From positions 82,507 through 146,506 of the forward strand of contig DATLTS010000035.1 in the NCBI GenBank assembly GCA_035533475.1: a stretch of DNA of 64,000 nucleotides, in the 5' to 3' direction. The number at the start of each line of letters is the position of its first letter. Position 1 is the first letter of the stretch. Source of the stretch: Mycobacteriales bacterium (GTDB lineage: Bacteria; Actinomycetota; Actinomycetes; DATLTS01). The notes under the pieces were generated by a model that saw nothing but the letters and a program-made list of their open reading frames with translations, had not been told where the DNA came from and ran no database searches. A program made the position numbers and the translations under genes. Of this stretch, positions 61,015-64,000 are shown piece after piece.

Positions 61015-62520
61015 ATGTCCGTCACCGCCGAGGCCCGCGCCGATTCCGCCACCTTCAACTCGCTGTCCCCCGCAACCGGCGAGGTCGTCGCAACCCTCCC
61101 GGTCGACGGACCCGAGCAGGTGGCCGCCGCCGTCGTCCGGGCCCGGGAAGCCGCTGGCTGGTGGCGGGAGCTCGGCTTCGCGGGCCGGCGCCGCCGGCTG
61201 CGCACCTTCCAAGGTGTCCTGCTCCGTGGCCGGGACGAGCTGCTCGACCTGATCCATCGGGAGAACGGCAAGCCGATCGTCGATGCGTGGATCGAGCACA
61301 CCCTCGCCCTGGAGCACATCGGCTGGGCGGCGCGGCATGCGGGCAAGGTGCTCGGGCGGCAGCGGCCGGGGGGGTCGCTCATGCTGGCCAACATCTCCGC
61401 CCGGCTCGAATACCAGCCGCTCGGCGTGGTGGGCGTCATCGGGCCGTGGAACTACCCGCTGTTCACGCCGATGGGATCGATCGCCTACGCGCTCGCCGCC
61501 GGCAACACCGTCGTGTTCAAGCCAAGCGAATACACCCCGGCGGTGGGCCGCTGGCTGGCTGACGCCTTCGCCGACGTCGTCGACCAACGCCCCGTGTTCC
61601 AGGTGGTGACCGGCTTCGGCGAGACGGGGGCGGCCTTGTGCCGGTCCGGCGTCAACAAGATCGCTTTCACCGGATCGGCCCCCACGGGTCGCAAGATCAT
61701 GGCCACCTGCGCCGAGACGCTCACCCCGGTGCTACTGGAGCTAGGCGGCAACGATGCCATGATCGTGGACGACGACGCCGACGTGGCCGCGGCGGCGCGG
61801 GCCGCGCTTTGGGGGGGCTGCGCGAATGCGGGCCAGACCTGCATCGGCATCGAGCGGGTCTACGCGACGGCGGCGGTCTACGACTCGCTCGTGGACAAGG
61901 TCCGTGAGCTCGCCGGCCCGCTGCGCGCCGGGGCCGGGTCGGACGCGGCGCTCGGACCGATCACGATGCCGAAGCAGGTCGAGCTGATCGAGGCGCACGT
62001 CCGGGACGCTCTGGACCGCGGGGCCCGGACCGTCGTGGGCGGCCTGGAGTCCATCCATGCGCCCTACGTGGAACCGATCGTCCTGGTCGACGTACCGGAG
62101 GACGCCCGGCTCATGCAGGAGGAGACCTTCGGCCCGGTGCTCCCGATCATCAAGGTGCAGGACGCGGACGAGGCGGTGGCTCGGGCCAACGCCTCGCCGT
62201 TCGGTCTCGGGGCGGCGGTCTTCGCCAAGCGACGCGGCGTCGACATCGCCCGTCGGCTCCAGACCGGCATGGTCAGCGTCAACTCGATGCAGGCGTTCGC
62301 CGGGTTGCCGTCCTTGCCGTTCGGCGGGGTTGGGGACTCCGGCTTCGGTCGGATCCACGGCGCCGACGGGTTACGCGAGTTCACCCGACCCAAGGCCACC
62401 GCCGTACAGCGGTTCAAGCTGCCGGCGGAGCTGCTGGCCTTCGACCGGCCGGCCTGGCTGCCGCGGGCCGTGCAGCGGGTCGACGAGTTGCGCTACGGTC
62501 GCCGCCGCCCTCCGGGTTAG
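61015..62520 (+). CDS. NAD(P)-dependent aldehyde dehydrogenase
   Basis: 'ELGGND' and catalytic Cys 'GQTCIG' motifs. Confidence 0.85.
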   Translation: MSVTAEARADSATFNSLSPATGEVVATLPVDGPEQVAAAVVRAREAAGWWRELGFAGRRRRLRTFQGVLLRGRDELLDLIHRENGKPIVDAWIEHTLALEHIGWAARHAGKVLGRQRPGGSLMLANISARLEYQPLGVVGVIGPWNYPLFTPMGSIAYALAAGNTVVFKPSEYTPAVGRWLADAFADVVDQRPVFQVVTGFGETGAALCRSGVNKIAFTGSAPTGRKIMATCAETLTPVLLELGGNDAMIVDDDADVAAAARAALWGGCANAGQTCIGIERVYATAAVYDSLVDKVRELAGPLRAGAGSDAALGPITMPKQVELIEAHVRDALDRGARTVVGGLESIHAPYVEPIVLVDVPEDARLMQEETFGPVLPIIKVQDADEAVARANASPFGLGAAVFAKRRGVDIARRLQTGMVSVNSMQAFAGLPSLPFGGVGDSGFGRIHGADGLREFTRPKATAVQRFKLPAELLAFDRPAWLPRAVQRVDELRYGRRRPPG

Positions 62521-63314
62521 TCGTCCCGGTCGGCGCCGAGCGGGGCCAGCAACCGGGCGAGTTCGTCGAACAGCGCCGGCGGGGCGGCGATGACGAGATC
62601 CTCGCCGGCCGACTCGCCGGCAAGCCCGCCGACCACGGCGCCGGCCTCGGTGGCGATCAGCCCCCCGGCGGCCAGATCCCAGGGCCGCAGGCCGCGCTCG
62701 TAGAAGGCGTCGACCCGGCCGGCGCCGACCGCGACCAGGTCGAGCGCGGCGGCACCGAACCGGCGGATGTCGCGGACCTTGGGAAGGACCACGCCGAGCA
62801 CGGCGGCCTGCCGCGCCCGGCGGGCCGATGCGTAGCCGAAGCCGGTCGCGACCAGGGCCTGGGCCAGGTCGTCCTGTGCCGAGCAGCGCAGCGGCCGGCC
62901 GTTACAGCTGGCCCCGCCGCCGAGGCATGCCGCGAACAGCTCGTCCGACTCGGGGGCGTAGACGACGCCGGCCACCACCCGCCCATCGATTTCCGCGGCG
63001 ATCGAAACCGCATATTGCGGGATCCGGTAGAGATAGTTCACGGTCCCGTCCAGCGGGTCGACCAGCCAGCGCACCGGGCTGTCCCCCGCGGCGGCACCGC
63101 TCTCCTCCGCGAGCACGGCGTCGTCCGGCCGGTCGGCCCGGATCCGGTCCAGGATGAGCCGCTCGGCCGCCGTATCCATCACGGTCACGACATCGGTTGG
63201 TGATGACTTCGTTCCGACCGCCAGATCGACCGGCCGGTCGCGGAGCAGCGCACCGGCGGCGCGAGCGACGTTGCCCGCCAGCTCGAGCAGGTCCGCAGGG
63301 TCCGGCCCGACCAC
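62517..63314 (-). CDS. suhB: Inositol monophosphatase family protein
   Basis: 'WLVDPLDGT' and 'GG...D' IMPase motifs. Confidence 0.8.
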   Translation of the reverse strand: MVGPDPADLLELAGNVARAAGALLRDRPVDLAVGTKSSPTDVVTVMDTAAERLILDRIRADRPDDAVLAEESGAAAGDSPVRWLVDPLDGTVNYLYRIPQYAVSIAAEIDGRVVAGVVYAPESDELFAACLGGGASCNGRPLRCSAQDDLAQALVATGFGYASARRARQAAVLGVVLPKVRDIRRFGAAALDLVAVGAGRVDAFYERGLRPWDLAAGGLIATEAGAVVGGLAGESAGEDLVIAAPPALFDELARLLAPLGADRDD

Positions 63315-63319
63315 CGGGG

Positions 63320-64000
63320 TCAGCCGTTGCGGTGGCGTCGGCGCATGACGAGCGCCGTAACCATACCCAGTCCGACGGCGGGTAACGCCCCCCAGCGCAG
63401 CCAGCGGGTGAACGGCCCAGCCGGCGGGGTCGTCGCGGCCGGCTCCGGCAGCTCGACCGCCTGGACCGGACCTGGAGCCGGAACGGGCAGCGGGTGATCC
63501 GGCTCGGGCAGCGGGTGATCGGGCTCGGGTGGCGGCGCAACCGGCCCGGCCGGCGTGCCCCCCGGCCGTTTGATCGGGCTGGGGCCGTCACCACCGGCTG
63601 CCGTGACCGGAGCGCGCCGGTCCCGCCGGGAGATCTTGGTACCGAGGAACACCAGCGGGTCGTACTTGCGGTCGACCACGCGCTCCTTCAGCGGGATGAT
63701 CGCGTTGTCAGTGATCTTGATGTGTTCGGGGCAGACCTCGGTGCAGCATTTCGTGATGTTGCACATCCCGAGGCCCATCTGGTCCTGCAATAGAGCGCGC
63801 CGGTCGCTCGTGTCCAGGGGGTGCATCTCGAGTTCGGCGTATTTGATGAACATCCGTGGCCCGGCGAACGCCGGTTTGTTCTCCTCGTGGTCCCGGATGA
63901 CGTGGCACGTGTCCTGGCACAGGAAACATTCGATGCACTTATGGAACTCCTGGCCGCGCTCGACGTCGACCTGCGCCATCCGGTAGTTCCCGTCCGCATC
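63320..64000 (-). CDS. Succinate dehydrogenase/fumarate reductase Fe-S subunit-like protein with Pro-rich repeat and C-terminal TM extension; 5' end beyond window (partial)
   Basis: Two Cys clusters 'CIECFLCQDTC' and 'CNITKCCTEVCP' (4Fe-4S/3Fe-4S ligands of SdhB C-terminal half). Then EPDHPLP x2 (21-bp tandem repeat 63481-63530). Terminal TM helix. Confidence 0.6.
   Translation of the reverse strand, partial: DADGNYRMAQVDVERGQEFHKCIECFLCQDTCHVIRDHEENKPAFAGPRMFIKYAELEMHPLDTSDRRALLQDQMGLGMCNITKCCTEVCPEHIKITDNAIIPLKERVVDRKYDPLVFLGTKISRRDRRAPVTAAGGDGPSPIKRPGGTPAGPVAPPPEPDHPLPEPDHPLPVPAPGPVQAVELPEPAATTPPAGPFTRWLRWGALPAVGLGMVTALVMRRRHRNG

Overview
High-GC (~70%) actinobacterial chromosomal segment, dense with genes; about 60 protein-coding genes, many translationally coupled through ATGA, GTGA or TGATG stop/start overlaps. 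The ORF track contains many long Arg/Pro/Gly-rich false ORFs in alternative frames (typical of high GC). Real genes were picked by recognisable motifs, codon third-position GC, signal peptides and start-codon context.

From the left edge:
- A >1500-aa multidomain Ser/Thr kinase (kinase, AAA/NB-ARC-like ATPase, TPR, GAF and PAS domains) on the minus strand, running off the window edge.
- A candidate fluoride riboswitch followed by a coupled crcB-DUF190-crcB fluoride channel operon.
- An LPATG-anchored beta-helix surface protein.
- A lower-GC accessory islet (about 7.9-10.7 kb). It holds two small ORFs, a RES-toxin/Xre(DUF2384)-antitoxin pair, and a ~300-bp direct repeat that duplicates the 3' end of a stand-alone LigD polymerase-domain gene on either side of the TA pair.
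- The terminal coproporphyrin-dependent heme genes hemE-hemH-hemY-hemQ in one operon.
- A convergent intergenic region full of nested repeats and hairpins.
- A sortase-E-type (LAXTG) GH5 hydrolase.
- An S8 subtilase with a perfect 10x15-bp tandem repeat (STWSA x10), coupled to a polytopic membrane sensor and a NarL-type histidine kinase, with a divergent LuxR-family response regulator.
- An RNase D-like exonuclease, a GNAT acetyltransferase and a fadA-fadB pair.
- An atypical four-gene operon: a Cys/Trp-rich secreted protein, a fused LivHM-like permease, a fused double ABC ATPase and a Gly/Thr-rich anchored protein.
- Housekeeping genes: dxs, an RNA methyltransferase, an APC permease with a C-terminal OB fold, a trkA pair (ceoB/ceoC), dut, DUF3710, DUF3093, DUF349, a YcaQ-like protein, an amidase, acyl-CoA dehydrogenases, an aldehyde dehydrogenase, suhB, and a 5'-truncated SdhB-like Fe-S protein at the right edge.

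As recalled from memory, the gene order resembles the Mycobacterium tuberculosis Rv2676c-Rv2701c region, with extra insertions.

The most unusual local features are the TA islet flanked by duplicated ligD 3' ends, the fluoride riboswitch operon, the protease-sensor-kinase module carrying a hypermutable coding repeat, and the atypical fused ABC operon.
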